Source: the human T2T-CHM13v2.0 reference genome, Homo sapiens. Taken from it: a stretch of 64,000 bases of DNA. The notes under the pieces were generated by a model. The model saw only the letters and a program-made list of their open reading frames with translations. It ran no database searches and was not told where the DNA came from. This document shows, one piece after another, positions 25,081-41,310 of this stretch. Each line of letters begins with the position of its first letter. Position 1 is the stretch's first letter. The position numbers and the translations under genes are program-made. Location: the NCBI RefSeq assembly GCF_009914755.1, contig NC_060926.1; one strand, written 5' to 3'.

Positions 25081-25580
25081 ATGTGCAGAAGAGCCCAGAC
25101 TTAGCTGGACTCCAAAGACAGACAGGCAGGGCAGCGAGGGGCAGGCAGGCTCAGGGCCACATAGCTGTGGGCTATGCTATGGAGGGGCGATAGGGAGGTC
25201 CAAGCAGGAGACTGACCAGGGTCTCTGGGGCAGGCCAGAACTGAATGGCTAACCTCCAAGGGCTGAATGTGGGAGGCTGTGTTGCTGCCCTCCAGGGTGA
25301 CATGTGGGACCTACCTGCACAGCCCTGACCTTCCCTGCCCAGGCTGCCCTGGAGCCATGCCACAGAATCAGCTGGGGCTCTTTGTCTTTGCCGTCTTAGG
25401 CCTCTTGTCCTTGGGGCTGGGAGATGGGGGACAGTCTCCATTAGGTCATGAAGTGGGTTTACAGGTCTTGTCCCATTGCTTCCTCCCCATGGCCTCATTT
25501 CTCATGAAAGAGGATACAGAGCCGTCTATGGGCCAGAACTCCAGGACACCTGCGGGGCTAGTTCCCATGAGTGGAGGCTG

Positions 25581-25728
25581 GCATGTGCGTGTGTGCATGC
25601 TCATGTGTGTATGCGTGTGTGCATGTGTGTGTGTGCACGCTTGTGTGTGTATGCGTGTGTGCATGTGTGTGTGCATGTGTGTGTGCATGCTTGTGTGTGT
25701 ATGCGTGTGTGCATGGGTGTGTGTGTGT
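25581..25728. repeat. (TG)n/(CATG) degenerate purine-pyrimidine repeat
   Basis: gcatgtgcgtgtgtgcatgc...; mostly alternating RY (Z-DNA-prone). Confidence 0.9.
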
Positions 25729-27429
25729 AGGAGGATGCTCTGGGGGATGCTGCATGGGGTGGGGCAAGCCGCATGCTGGGAGTGAGCTGGCTGAAGCTCA
25801 TCCTTCCCAGATGAGGGCCCCACAGGCGTCAGCACAGCCTCCAAACTCACACAATGATGAGAGCCATTGGATTTCCCATGCTCAGGCTATGGTTAAGGGG
25901 CTGAAGTCTGCCTGCCAGCAGCCTGGGTCACCAGGGGAATGGGATGGGCAGGGGGAGCCATGAGTCAATGAAGTGGGGAATTTGTAGAAACTGTGCATGG
26001 GGGTTGGGTGGAGGTTCTAGATGCAAGCAGACTGGGAAACTGGCAGTTCTGGCCAAGTGTCCTGAAGGTCTGAAGGGCAGGGAGTCCCCATGCCCTACCT
26101 GAGCAAATGGGCCCAGTCCCATGGGTTGCCTCGGGGGTGGTGTTCTCCGAGCCACTCTCCTGCATCTTGTGGGCTGCCTGGCAAGAATGTCGGCAGGTGA
26201 CGATGGGTGGGGAGGGAGATGGCTGTCAAGAGGAGGTCCACCCTGCTGGCTCCCAGATTCTCAGAAGGCTTTGCAAACGCTTCTCTTCCTGGGATCGCAT
26301 CACTGAAGTCTCAGGAGGTATGCAAGGGCCGAATCTTACTTACTCTAACCTTTTCACTGGCTGCCAGTGAAAGGAGGTCCGGAGACACTGCTTACTTCCC
26401 CAAGGTCACACAGTGACTAGGAGACAAGCAAGAGTAAACTCAGCCAACAAATGAAAGGACGCTCAATGAACCAGGGGCCTCTGGAATCTCTCCTCCCTCT
26501 CTCCCTCCCTGTCTTCCTTCCTCTCTCCTTCCTTCCTTGTCACTCAAGAAAAATTTATTTGACTATCACCCAAGGCTGGCTGTGCCCTCAGAAATTCCTA
26601 GCCCATGATACTCTCTTCCTGGGGGTGGGGGGGCCCTCCGCCCTCAGGAGGGCTTGTGGGTTAACTGTTGTGATGAGCTATTTCCAAGGTAGGAAAAGAG
26701 AAACTAGATCATTGAGCCCTGGGGAAGGGCTGTGGTTGGCACAGAAAATGACAGATCCCGTCAGCAGGCAGGCGGGGCCAGGGGCTCCTCCCCATGGCTG
26801 GGATTGGGGGCTGGTCCTGGGGGGTTTGTAGGGTCCCAGGGACAGGAGCAGGGCTTGTCCTCAGAACCTAATTCCTGAGCATGTGAGCTCAGACAGGTCC
26901 TGCATAGGACCCAAGGCATCTGCGGTCTGAGGACCATGCACTCCAGCTTTCATGTTCTGCCTGTCTGTCTGTCTGTCAGTGTGTCTGTCAGGCTGCATGT
27001 CTGCCTTGCTTATCTGGGCCCTGAATCACCTCATATCAAAATGTTGCCCTATTCCTAGAACACAGCTGGGCATCAGGGGGTGGGCCTGAGTCATTTCTGC
27101 CTTGTGGACCTGCCTGCCCTGTGAACCCAGGAGGCACTGAAGGCCTGAATGGTGCAGCCCCATGGCCACCTAGAAGCCTGAGGGGATTCAGGGTCTGTTT
27201 CAGCCTTAAAAGAGTATAGATAAGGGCCCGGAGGGCTTTCAGGGTGAGGGAAGAGTCGGGGAGGAACAGCCAGGGTGGACACTCGGGAGGAGAACCCATG
27301 CCAGGCAGTGGCTGGGGGAGGGGAAGAGGGAGGAGGGTGGAGGGAGGCTGGAGGGGTGGCCAAGGGGATGAGTTGAGTGTTGGAGTGTGAGAACCCAGCA
27401 TGGCGCTTAAAGGTGTGGGCCCCAGCGCC

Positions 27430-27635
27430 AGCTGCCTGGGTTTCAATCCCATCTCCTCCATTTCCCAGGCTGTGTGTCTTTGGGCAAGTGACGCCCCCTC
27501 TTTTAGTCTCAGTTTCCTTATCTGTGAAATGGGATATAAGTAGCAGTGTTGGCCGCTTCGGGTTGTGGTGAGCATTCAATGAGATAATGCATATAAAGGG
27601 ACTTGGTGCATAATAAATGCCCAATAAATGTTAGC
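27430..27635 (+). mobile_element. MIR SINE
   Basis: ctgtgtgtctttgggcaagtgac...ctcagtttccttatctgtgaaatggg...caataaatgttagc. Confidence 0.75.
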
Positions 27636-28084
27636 AAGCTTCGACATCACCATCATCATAGTCACGGTCTCCATCATCGTCATTGTCCTTGTCATTGTGA
27701 TCAGAAGAGATGGAAATGGGCCTGGCACCCAGACACTCAGGAGAGAGGTCCTGGATGGAAGGAGGGAACTGGAAGCTTTCTGCACACTGGGAGCATATAG
27801 GTGGGAGTGCAGGCGAGGAGTGTCTAAAACTTACAACTTCATCCCCTACTCCTCCCTCACCCTGAAGCCTTTGGGCCCTGAGGTCACCTGGGGTGACTGT
27901 GTGCAGAGGAGCAGAGGCAAGGCTGAGGAAGAGACTCCCCAGAAGGTGAACACGTAAGGGTCAGGTGGATTGACAGGAGGCCAGAAAGGGTGGTGTACAA
28001 CTGAAGAGTCTTGTGCCCACCTCCCCAGCTCCAATGCCAGGCTTTATGAGTCCACAGCTGCTTTGTTTTTCAATTACAACAGAG

Positions 28085-30300
<2,216 letters not shown>

Positions 30301-31556
30301 AGGCATGTCTAAGGGCCCTGGCCGGAACCTTCAGCACATCCACTTTTGCACAGAAAAGGGGCCCACACTCCATCTGTCCACAGATTCTAGAGCTTCTCCA
30401 CTCAGCTTCTGGGGCCCTCACTCAATTCCCTCCCTTTTATTGCCGACCTGTACTGGTGCCTCCTCACTTCCCTTGACTCCAATGCCATCCTCTGTTTTCC
30501 CAGACCCTGTTTCCTCCCACCCCCCAGAATGCCCCTCTTGGTTCAACCCAGCTCCTGCACCCTTCCACCCCAATCGTGCCATTGAGGGCAGTTACTTCCT
30601 CCTCACTTCCCCTGGTGTGGCTGGACAGGGCTGCTGGTCAGGAGGCATGTAGTCATGTTGGAAGGCAGCAGTCCCAGAGCCAGGAAAGGGGTTAAGGCCA
30701 TCACAAAGTTCAGCAAGAGGCGGGCTCTGTGTGGGTCTGGGGCCACCAGAACTCGTTGCTCAGAGGTCCCCAGTGCTGGGAGCAGGAGGTAAGTCCTGAA
30801 ATCAGTAGGGCAGGGGTGAGACTGCTGCCAGCTGGTCCTGATGGTGACCCATGAGGCAGGCAGGAGTGAAGCCTCCACCAGCAGACCGCTGCCTCCCCGT
30901 GTGGGGGAAGCCTGGCCCAGCAGGCTGAGAACCGCGCAGGTAAGCTCTGGGGACTCCCCAGGCCAGGAGGGCAGCCAGGAGGTTGGAGATCAGCAAGAGT
31001 CCCAGGTTAGAATGAAGCAAATAACCCCTGAAACTAAATGGGGAGAAATGCAGTGTTGCGCTTTGCAGCTTCCAGTTCTCAGGCGAGGTCAGTGCTTTGA
31101 GAGAAAGCAGGAGAGAGGGAGGTGACCAACGGGAGCCAGCCAGCGGTCAGCAAGCACGAACCAAGTGGCCTGACTCGTGTTTGCTTTCTTCATGGGTTAG
31201 CATGGGGACGGCCACGGTGCGGAGGCTGCGAGGTGCTTTAGGCAGGACATGATAAATTATCCTAAGGCAGCCTTGTGAACTTGATGGAGAAACAAGGAGG
31301 GTGAGGGAGTCAGTTTAAAGATGGTGGCTTCCTTTTTTTTTTTTTTTTTTTTAATCAGAGAATTCAGCACCTCCATGTTGACCTGGAAGGAACTCTCCAG
31401 GGCTTCAGAGCCTGCTCTACACGGTCTTACCTGGTGTGAAGTAAATATCCTCAAGGCCTCCACCATCTCCTGAGCCTGCACATCCTGGGTTAAGGAAAGT
31501 CAAATATGCTTCCTCCCCACAGGGCTGCATTGTGTTTTGTTCTCTGGGAGTGTTTC

Positions 31557-31930
31557 AGACACAGACATGCATACACAGACACACACATACAGACCCATAC
31601 AGACATGCAAACACAGACACACACACAGACACACATAGACACACAGACATACAGACACATAGACACAGACATACACACACACAGACACACATGCAGACAC
31701 AGACATAGACACACACACCGAGACACACAGACACACAGTCATACACACATAGACATACACACACACACACACGGACACATACATGCAGACATACGTAGAC
31801 ATACAGACATAGACACACAGACATAGACACACATACTGAAACACACAGACACACAGTCATACAGACATACACACACACAGAGGCACACACATAGACACAC
31901 AGACGTACACACACACAGACACACACAGAG
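31557..31930. repeat. Complex (CA)n/(CAGA)/(CATA) low-complexity repeat
   Basis: Read directly; about 21 CAGAC words. Confidence 0.92.
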
Positions 31931-32876
31931 TTCTGCATGTTTCCTGTGGACACACATTTACATGTATGAAGGAGGAAAAGAGGTTGGCTCTCCCCAGTGC
32001 CTACGGTTCTCTCTGGGGAGGGAGAGAAGAAGGCCTTGGATGGGCTTGATTTCTGAGGGGATCTTAGTCATATCTATGCATAGTTTTTGCTTTTTTCTTT
32101 TATAAGGATAATGTATTCATGAATTTACTTGCAGAAAAATTAATTGCAATGCAAAAAGAATGTTTTTTAAAGAACTAAAACGACTTCCAGGGTCTGGCAG
32201 CAGAACCATTACAATAAGACATCAACTCCCACAGTTGGCTTTGGTGATGCAAATGTTTCCTGGGACCCGGCCCTTGCCAAGCCCATACTAGAGAAAGCCC
32301 CAGAGTGAAATAAACCCCTGGCCTCAGTGCTTCCAGGACAGCGGGGAGGCCTGCATGGAAACTTTCCCTTTGATGGGGAAGAAACCCCAGCTGCCCAGAG
32401 GGAGGGGGAGGGATGGTGACGCTGGGTGGGGGCTGGGTGACGTGAATGGTGGCTCTACGGAGGAGACGGTGCCCGGGCCAGGTCCTGAGAGATGAGCCGG
32501 AGTTACTCCCGTGAAGGAAGGGCATTCAGGGAGAGAAGGGCAAGGTGGAGGCTGAGGGGAGCTGTGATCAAGTGCTCAGAGTGCTTACCAAGGCGGGTCT
32601 CTGCTCCATGCACTTTACACTGACTTCATAGCAGGATCATGTGGTGGGTCCTAAATTGTCCTAATTTACAGATGAGCAAATCCAAGCACAGAGAGATTAA
32701 GAAACCTGAGTAAGGTCCCACAGCAGGCACCTGTGTCTGAGCTCTTAAGTACTGTGATTCTCAGGGAATGGGACTTGTGTGAGAGTGGGAGGGGAAGCAC
32801 AATTAGAATAGTGACAAGGAGTCCTAGGTGGGGCTGGAGGAGGGGCCAGTTGTCTTTACTTCAAAACCTCCCTGGG

Positions 32877-33172
32877 GGCCGGGCGCAGTGGCTCACGCCT
32901 GTAATCCCAGCACTTTGGGAGGCCGAGGGTGGGCGGATCACGAAGTCAGGAGATCAAGACCATCCTGGCCAACATGGTGAAGCCTTGTCTCTACTAAAAA
33001 TACAAAAATTAGCTGGGCGTGGTTATGCCCACCTATAATCCCAGCTACTCCGGAGGCTGAGACAGGAGAATTACTTGAACCCGGGAGGCGGAAGTTGCAG
33101 TAAGCCGAGATCGTGCTACTGCACTCTGACCTGGGTGACAGAGTGAGACTCTGTATCAAAAAAAAAAAAAAA
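32877..33172 (+). mobile_element. AluS (Sc/Sg-like)
   Basis: ggccgggcgcagtggctcacgcctgtaatccc...A15 tail; degenerate TSD aaaacctccctggg / aaaatccccctggg. Confidence 0.92.
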
Positions 33173-36100
33173 TCCCCCTGGGGCCTGGAAGGGGATGTGA
33201 CCCCTTTCTTGGGGCTGTGCTGTCTCAGAAGGTGTGCCCTGTCTGGGGGTCCACTGAGATCCCGGTCCTCAGCACCAGCCTGTCCCCAGCACAGAGTAGC
33301 CCATCCCAGCCTCCCGGTCTTCTGGTTCCTAGTCTGTGGAATGGAGAGGAAAACCTCAATCAAAGACTTTGTAGGGCTGTTGGATAGGACAGTGGCTCTG
33401 ACAGTTCTTAGATGTATAGGAGAGCTTCGATCCAGGCAAAGAGGAAAGCTGGACAGACCCGGGACTCCCTGGGAAGGGGAGGGGAGGAGGCCAGCCCTGA
33501 GGAACCACTCATGTCTCCTCCACCACTGAGACCAGAAGGCAGTCAGCAGACTCCCCACATAGCCCCATTGAGTCCCCGCAGCAACCCCTGGAAAGGGGAT
33601 GTTCTTGTCTGAGGTACCAAGGCTGGAAGTGAGCTGCCTGTGGTCATCATACTTGTGGAGTGGGGGTTGGGCCTGGGCTGGGCGACCCCAGGCCTCCATA
33701 GTGGAAGTCAGTCCCCAGCACCTCCAAGAGAGATGGGCTGTCTCAAGGGGTGTCCCACTCCTGTCCAGGCTGCCTCCTGGCTACAGCGCCTCACCCCCAC
33801 CAGGAGACATTTCTGAACCTGAAGACAGGCTTGGGGCTGGTGCCATGTGCTGAAGGCAGTATCCTTCTCCCTGGCTGGGAAGTCTACCGTTCACATAAGA
33901 CACCTGCCCCTGTGGCTGCCGAGGAGCTGAGGGTGTGGCCAGCCCAGAATTTGGACAGGGCCAAGTGTCTGGGTCACTTTGGTCCCGTTGACAACTTTTG
34001 GGGCATCTATTCTGAGAAGGGATATCCCCAGGTTGCCCCTCACTGCCTCCCCAAGGAGAATCCCCCACCCCCAGTCCCCAGGCCCAGAGCCTGCGCCAGC
34101 TCCTTCCCTTGCCCCAGCTGTCGGCCGATACCCCTTATCGCTGTTGTGTCTTGAGGCTGGCCGGGGGCTTCTTGATCTCCAGCTGCGGCTGTGGGCTGGC
34201 CAGGGCAGGCTTGAGCTCCCCTTTGCCCCAGCTCCTTGAGAGGCTCCCGCCCCCCAGGGGCTGGAGAACCAGCTCATGAGTCTTTCTCAACTGGCAGAGC
34301 CTTGGGGGCTGCCACAGAGCCTGTCAACCCTGGACTTCCACCAAGCCTGACTTCACTGCCTCCTGGCAAGCTGGGCGCCCCCAAGTCCTCACTGCCTTAT
34401 CTGTCCTTTGGGTACAGGAGGTCTTCCTGCAGGGTTGGGTGGTACGAATGGGGACCCCTTGCTGGCATGTGGCTTTGAGCAGCCTCAGTGCTGGGTCTCA
34501 CTCCTGCCCACCAGGGCTTAGTGAACCCTAGGTCCTTCCTGGGCAGAGCCAGTCCAGCTACACGGCCAGCAGGTCAGGTGCCTGGAGGCCGGGTGAGGGC
34601 CTCAGCCACTGCCCTGTTGTGTGGTCCTGGGCAGGACAGCCCCAACCCCCTGCCCAACCCCACCTCGGTTGGCTTCAGTTTGTCCCATGAGACGTGAGCA
34701 GGTTGGACTGAGGGTGTTTGAATGCCTTTTCTGTCACCCACCCCTGGCAATGCAGCGACCCTCCCTGCAAACCCCACGTGGCACTTCACCCCAGGAGACA
34801 GTTTTGAGTGGCAGGGGTGCTGAGGAACATCAGAATCACAGAGCCCAGAGGCCAGGTGGAAGGTAGACGTTGAAAGCAGGAGGGTCCTGGCCTTCGGGGT
34901 GAGGAAGCAGAGGCTAAGCCCTGGGCAGGCCCAGGTGACCTGAGTTCGTACTCAGCCTCCGCCACTGACTGCTTCAGCACGAATGGTGGAAACTGGGGCA
35001 CTGGTAGAACCACAGAGGGGGGTCTTTCCCCAGGGACGAGGGACTTTCTGGCGCCCCTCCTCCAGTTGAACCGCATAGGTGACTTAGCCCAGAGAGCATG
35101 GTCATGATCCACGTCTCAGGCGGTCTTGGCGGCCCCAGGCAGCCTAACCCTGGTGACCTTGGCATTCCTTCCTCTCTAGTGTCTAATCTCCCCTCTCACC
35201 CGCTGTGGACTCCTCTTCCCTCTGCTCTGCTGCCTGGGGGGCCCACCCTCCTTCCTCCCTTCTCCTCTGGGCCCCACTCCCTCCTGCCTTTCTCACTCCC
35301 ACTGCTTCAATGACTTCAAAATAAACCAACACAAAGAAATGCTGTCTTGGAAAGACTGGTGCCACAGGTGGATGCGATTGAGCCCAGCACAAGGACAAGG
35401 TATGAGCTTCAGGCTCCATCCCCCGGGCATCCCTCTGCTCAGCGAGCCCTCGTGGTGTGCCTGGCACCCGCAGTGATGGTTTTCTGTGACCCGCATAGCA
35501 ACCCGAGGAGGAGGAATTGTTAGGATTTCCATTTTACAGCTAAGAAAATTGAGGCACAGCTGTTAAGTAAAATGCCCCAAGCCACAGCTGCTTAGAGCCA
35601 GTCCACTGGCCCAGATCTCAACCTTTGAACTACGATGCTGATGCAGCAGGGGCCAATCCCTCAGCCTCCCTAGGCCTCAGCTCTTCCATCTGTAAAATGG
35701 AGTCATAGCATGTTCCTCAAAGGGCTGTTTTAGAGGTTTGATGGCATCCTAATTTCAGAGTCCGGCATAGCACCTGCTGTGTAGTGGATGCTCAATGAAC
35801 ATGTACGCCTTTCCTCTTCTGTTCTCTCTGCAATGAGGTTGAATGCCCCAGTGTCACCTGGCTATGACCCAACAAAGTCAGGCTCTATGACTGGTTTGAA
35901 TGGAGGTTTGAGGCGGAGGGGAGGCCCCATAGGAGGCACCATGTACCCCTGCCCCTGGCTCGAGGGTCTGGCCACTCCCGTTCCCACCCACACCCTCTGT
36001 GGGCCACCTAATGTGGGGAGTGGGAATACCACCCTGCAGACCCCTCCCTTCTCCGGCCACAGGCAGCTAGTCCCACGTCCAGCCTGCCAAAGCCCTCTGC

Positions 36101-36819
36101 AGCCCCCACCCCTGCCCGCCCCTACTCCCAGGAGTGGAGGGCTCTCTTTGCAGGAGCCCAGAAGTTCATTTCCTGTTCCAGCAGCTCCTGAGGTTGGGGT
36201 GAGAGGAATCGAGCCTGGTGGGGAGGGGCCCTTGAACACCCTCTGCCCCAGCACGTGCCAGCTGCATACCAGCGCCTCTCTACTCCTTGCGTCCCCTCTG
36301 TCCCCAGCAGCCTCTGACCCCATGGGATGCCCTCCTTACACCCTCCCCTGAGAAAACGGGAGCCATTTGTCAGGGATCTTTCTCTTCCCACACCCCGGTC
36401 TGCACTCCTGCATCTGGCTCCTCTCTTTGGCTCCTGCCTGGATTGCCGTTGCTCCCTTTGCTCCCTGCCTGGGATCTGGGGCTGCCTCAATGGCTCTGCT
36501 GCTCTGTCTCTCACAGTCTCCCATGGCTGCAGCTGGCTGACCAGCCCCATGCTGCGCTCTCCTCTCTGGCCTCAACTCGCTATGACTCTAGCATGGTTTA
36601 GTGGATCCAGTCTCACTCCATTTACAGGTAGAACAATGGAGGCCTCATACAAGAGTCCGAAGACCTGATGAGCCTTCGGCCAGCCTGGAGCTCCATTTTT
36701 CTGCTCCCCCGGGGGCCCACTGTCCAGGGCATCAAGGGTTATCGGGTGCTGCCCCTCACCAGGGAGAGCTGGGGTCTGCCCCCTTCAGCCTGTGCCTCCG
36801 CATGGCTGCAGGTGCACAG

Positions 36820-37010
36820 GCTGAACATCAGAGCCAGACAGATCTTGGCTTCTATCTGACTCACTGTTTCTGGCTGGGCACTCTTGGCCACTTACCCAAG
36901 CTCTCTGAGCCTTAGTTTCCTCATCTGTAAAATGGGGTTGATAAGTACTTATACTTGGGCTGTGAGGATTCAGTGAGTCAGGATTGTAAAATGCCTGACG
37001 CGTGGAAGGC
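36820..37010 (+). mobile_element. MIR SINE
   Basis: ctctctgagccttagtttcctcatctgtaaaatgggg...tgtgaggatt. Confidence 0.75.
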
Positions 37011-39725
37011 AGGAAACTAACGATCATTTTCATCATGATGATGGGGCCCTTGGTTGGAGACGATGTCCCGACATGGGTGGTGGCTGGGGCTGGGATGTCA
37101 GGTCAGCAGATGCACCTGCCAATACACAGCCCAGGACTTCTGCAGGAGAAGCGGAAATTGCATCCCTGCCTTCTGACAGCCAGCGCTCTGACTGGGGTAG
37201 GGGGTAGGCTCTGGGTAACTGGAGGGGCAGGAGAAGGGCTCAGCACAGGCCAAAGGCTAGGGGAGAACATGGCTGGGTAGAAGTGGGGAGCAGCTAGGAC
37301 GCTAGCTTGGGGAGAAGTGGGAGGCGAGGCTGGCAGGAAGAAGCCAGCGAGGGTGATGTTGGCTTTTACTGCCCTGACAAGGGGAAAGGGAAGGAAGGGT
37401 GGAAGAGGACAGTGCCCTTTATAAACATGGTCTCCAACCATTCCTCTGAGTAGGAGAGATCTTTACCACCACTTACATTTGAGGAAACCAAGGCTCAGAG
37501 AGGTTAAGTGACTTGCCCAAGGACACACAGCTGCCCTAAATTGTGGACTCCAGGTTTAATTGGAAGGCTAGGACCACTGTGGGCAGGTGTTCAGGCTGAG
37601 GCAGAGCACGGATAAGCACGTCTAGAGGATGGGGCAGAGGAGAGGGGTAGGTGGGTTGGGCTAGGCAGGGGTCTTAGGGCACCTGTGCAGGCTAGAGGGG
37701 AGGGGCGGAGGGAGGGATGAAAATCTGGGAGAGGACTGACCTTTGCACCTTCAAAAAGGGTCAGGTAACCCAGACTTATTGATTTCTGGCACCCCCAGTT
37801 CCAACTCCGTGGCCTGGGGCTCTGATGTTCTCCTTCCTTCTCCCCACTGTGCCCCCACTCCCATCCTCGCCACCTAGCCGGGCTTGTTCCCTGAACTTAA
37901 AGCCCTGGGGGGAGAGAACAAGGCTGAGGGGTCTACACCTCTGCTGATCCTCCTATTTCTCAGCCTGGCCGGTGACTCCAGAGCTGAGGCTGCACGCACC
38001 CCGGGCCCAGCAGTGTGGCTGTGGGTCCTGCGGCAGGCTGCAGGCAGACAGGGCCACTTCAAGGGGTCCCAGCAAGTGTGTGTGCTTCAGGCAGCCCCCA
38101 ACAGGGCGCCACCAAGCTCAGGCCCTACCAAGCCTGCCCCAGGTTGGTCTCTGCTCTAGGAAGACCAGAGGTTTATTGAATTCCACATAGGGGCTAGTTT
38201 GTAAAGAGGCTGGTGGCCACCTTGCCTAACCTGGACAATGCTGAATCCAAAAAGCAAGTGGGTAGAAAGACTGGGGAGGGTGGTAAAGTGGGGGTGGGGT
38301 GTGCCCCAGCAGAGAGTCAACAATTCAGAGCGAAGACTGGGCACCAGGCTCCCGAGTGGGTAGAGAGGACAGGGAGGCCTGGGAGGGGTAGGGGCCTCCC
38401 CACTTCTTACCATAGGGCAGGTCGGCAGAGGAGAGCAAGGAGCTGATTAGGGCAGGTGTCCTTGCATCTCCAATACCATCCACACGTCAGTGGGTCTGTC
38501 CTCCAGTAGGTGGTGTGTCCAACCCTGTGCCAGAAGCGTCCCCTAGAAGCCACTATGGTTACAAGTGGACACTTACAGGGCGTAGGGGAAACAGACCCTC
38601 ATCAAGACATCCCTGTTGCATGTGTGTTCATATTTGCTCTGGACACTTCTAGGAGGACAAAATGCACCAGCGCATTCGTTCGTTTCATAAACCTTTGCTG
38701 AGCACTTACTCTAGACCCTGCACCAGGGTTTCAGAAATACAAAAAATGGAAGGAAAGAATCTCGTGTGTATTGATTTTCCAACTCTGTGCCGCAGGCAAA
38801 ACACGTGTGCTTGTACTGCTCTGCAGGAGCCCCGCGTGCCCGCCACCGTCCTCTGCATCTCAGCTCTGACTTGGCAGCCCTCCGACCTCAGCCTGGTTAC
38901 TTCGCCTTTCAGCAGCTTCTTTATGTGGCTGCAGTGAGAATTAAGTGACATAATCCATGTACAGTGCCAGGCACAGAGAAAGTCATTCAGGAAAGATGAT
39001 TAAACTACTCACCCAGGGACGCTGACTGGTAAGTGGCAGAGCCTGGGTTTGAACCCAGGTCTGCTGAGTGCTAGAACCTGCGGAAACTGGAGCCTTCATG
39101 GCCACTTCTTCTGTCCCCCTTGGCCTGTCCATTTGGCTGAGCTGGCCAGCTTGGCTATTGGGGAGCCACGCCCTGCAGCATCCACGGGTATCCCAGCATC
39201 CTGCAGGGCCCCCAGGGTGCACCAATCCTAAGCGGGATGTGGGTGCCTCCTGTTTAGGGACCAGGTGCCTCCCCTAACTCCTCCAAGCAGAGGGAGCAAT
39301 GCTTTCTGCCTGTTGCACATGGGTTGCTCCCATGGCTGGCAGCTGGGTTGAACTGTTTGTTTTGAACTTGACTGTGTTTGGAGCAGGAAAATGCTTTAAA
39401 AGAAAGGCAGGTGAGGCAGTGAGTCAGGTAGAGGGTGGCCCACCCGGCTCCACCTGTGTGCTGAGCTTCCCACTACAAAGCTGTTCTGCCACGTGAGCTT
39501 TCCATTCCCCAGCCACGTGCAGACCCAGCTGCTGGAGCCAAGAGGAACAGGTGTCAGGAGCCTCTGGCAGGTGACAGACCCTGAGAGGCAGGAAGACCAA
39601 CAGGGATCTTGGGCTGATTCCACTCTTGACTTGCTCTGCAACCTTAGGAGTGAATCCCTCAGCCTTCCCTCCTCAACTCAGAGATTTAAAACACACATGT
39701 TTCGTCCTTGTCAAGGCCTCTCAGG

Positions 39726-39837
39726 CAGGATGGCCAATCATCTCTTTTTGCCTGGGTCTGTCCCAATTTTAGCACTGACAGTCCTATACCCCGGGAAACT
39801 CACCAGTCCTGGGAAAAGCGGGACATTTGATCACCCC
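39726..39837. mobile_element. MER81-like hAT-Blackjack MITE
   Basis: ggatggccaa...tttgcctgggtctgtcccaattttagcactgacagtcc...cgggacatttgatcaccc with terminal inverted-repeat character. Confidence 0.65.
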
Positions 39838-41147
39838 ATGGATCTCATATGCAGAATCTCCTAGGCCCTCAAGCTCCCCACAAGGCAGACTGAGTTGTGG
39901 GTTATCATCCCATTTCACAGGTGTGGAAAGCAAGTCGGCAGAATTTCAGTTTTAGATGGTGAGACATTCTGCTCTCATTGTCGTAAGACAAAGTGTTTTG
40001 CAAAGCAGAGGTGCGCGCCAGAGGACAGGGCAGGCAGCATGTCGGGCCTGCTCAGATCTCCTGGGCTCATCTGAGGCAGAAACAGTGACCAGGCATGAGA
40101 ACCCGCAGGGTGGGCTATAGGCTGTGGGCTCTGGGGATGTGCCCAAGGCTTGGGCTTGGCCAGGTCAGGAAGTCCCTAGGGAATGACATGCCTGAGCTCC
40201 CAGGCCCCAAGCTCCCACCTGTAAAGGTGCTCAGGGGGAAGCAGATGCCCAGAGTCTCCACCTCCCCATGGGTCTGCCACCGAGCTGGGTGCCCCAGGCA
40301 GTGCTGTGGCATCACTGGGCTCATTCATTTTTCAGGAAACAGATGCTTAGGGAGAGCCCACTTGGTGCCAGGCTCTGGGGACTGGGTGAGAAGCAAGAAG
40401 TACAGCCCCTGCCTTCATTAAGCTGGCATGCCAGTGGGAGAGACAGATATACAAATTGCCAGACAGAGACTGGTTTAACCGCAGCTGTGGTCAGTATCAT
40501 GAAGGAGAAAAGATCAGAGCTTATGCGGGGGCCTTAGCCCTGGCCTGGGGGACCTTGAGTGCACTTGAATGGGACCCCAAGGGTGACCAGGGAGCAGCCG
40601 GGGGAGCTCTCTGGGGGTTGTGACTAGGCTGGCCCCTTTTTGGCTGTGTGGCCTTGGGCAAGTTGCTTGGCCTCTCTGAGCCTCAGGTGTTTCCTCTGTA
40701 CTATGGGGATGGTATATATCTACTTTTCCCACCTGATGGGAGGCTTCAGTGGGAATGAGAGAAGCAGCTGGCAGAGGTAGGCACTTCATTAGAGGAGGAG
40801 CTCCCTTTGATCTGCTGCCTGAGTGCGTGGCTGTGTCCTGGGAGGAAGGATGAAAGAGGCCTGGCCAGGACCCCCAACCCAAAGTTCTGGGCTCAAGGGC
40901 AACCTCCAGTTCAGAAGAGGCACTTGGCTTCACTCCAGCCCACAACTGGGGACAGGGGACAACTGAGGTAAGTGGAAGCATGAGGCTGGCTCACCAATCA
41001 AAGGACAACTGTGGGCTTGACTCTGCCCTTCTGCTTTGGGGCCTGCAGGGATCTACCCAGAGCTGTCTCTCCTGAGCCCAGCAGCCAGATTTTCACTCCT
41101 GCCCATGAGGTTCTCCATGAACATTAAACATCCTGCAAGTTCTATGC

Positions 41148-41310
41148 TGTGGCCCTCCAAGTGTGGACCCCAGACCAGCAGCCTCAGTATCACCCAGGAA
41201 CTTTCAGAAATGCAAATCCCTGGGTCCCACCCCAGACACGGGAGTTGGAGATGGGGGGTGAGGCCAGCCCCCAGGTAAACTGATGCACACTGAAGTTGGA
41301 GAACCCCTGG
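41148..41310. mobile_element. MER5A DNA transposon relic
   Basis: caagtgtggaccccagaccagcagcctcagtatcacccaggaactttcagaaatgcaaat...tgatgcacactgaagttggagaacccctg. Confidence 0.75.

Noticed and set aside
31490-31957. Cys/Val- and His/Thr-rich ORFs (also 25446-25963 and 15408-16356)
   Set aside because: Translations of CA/TG microsatellites
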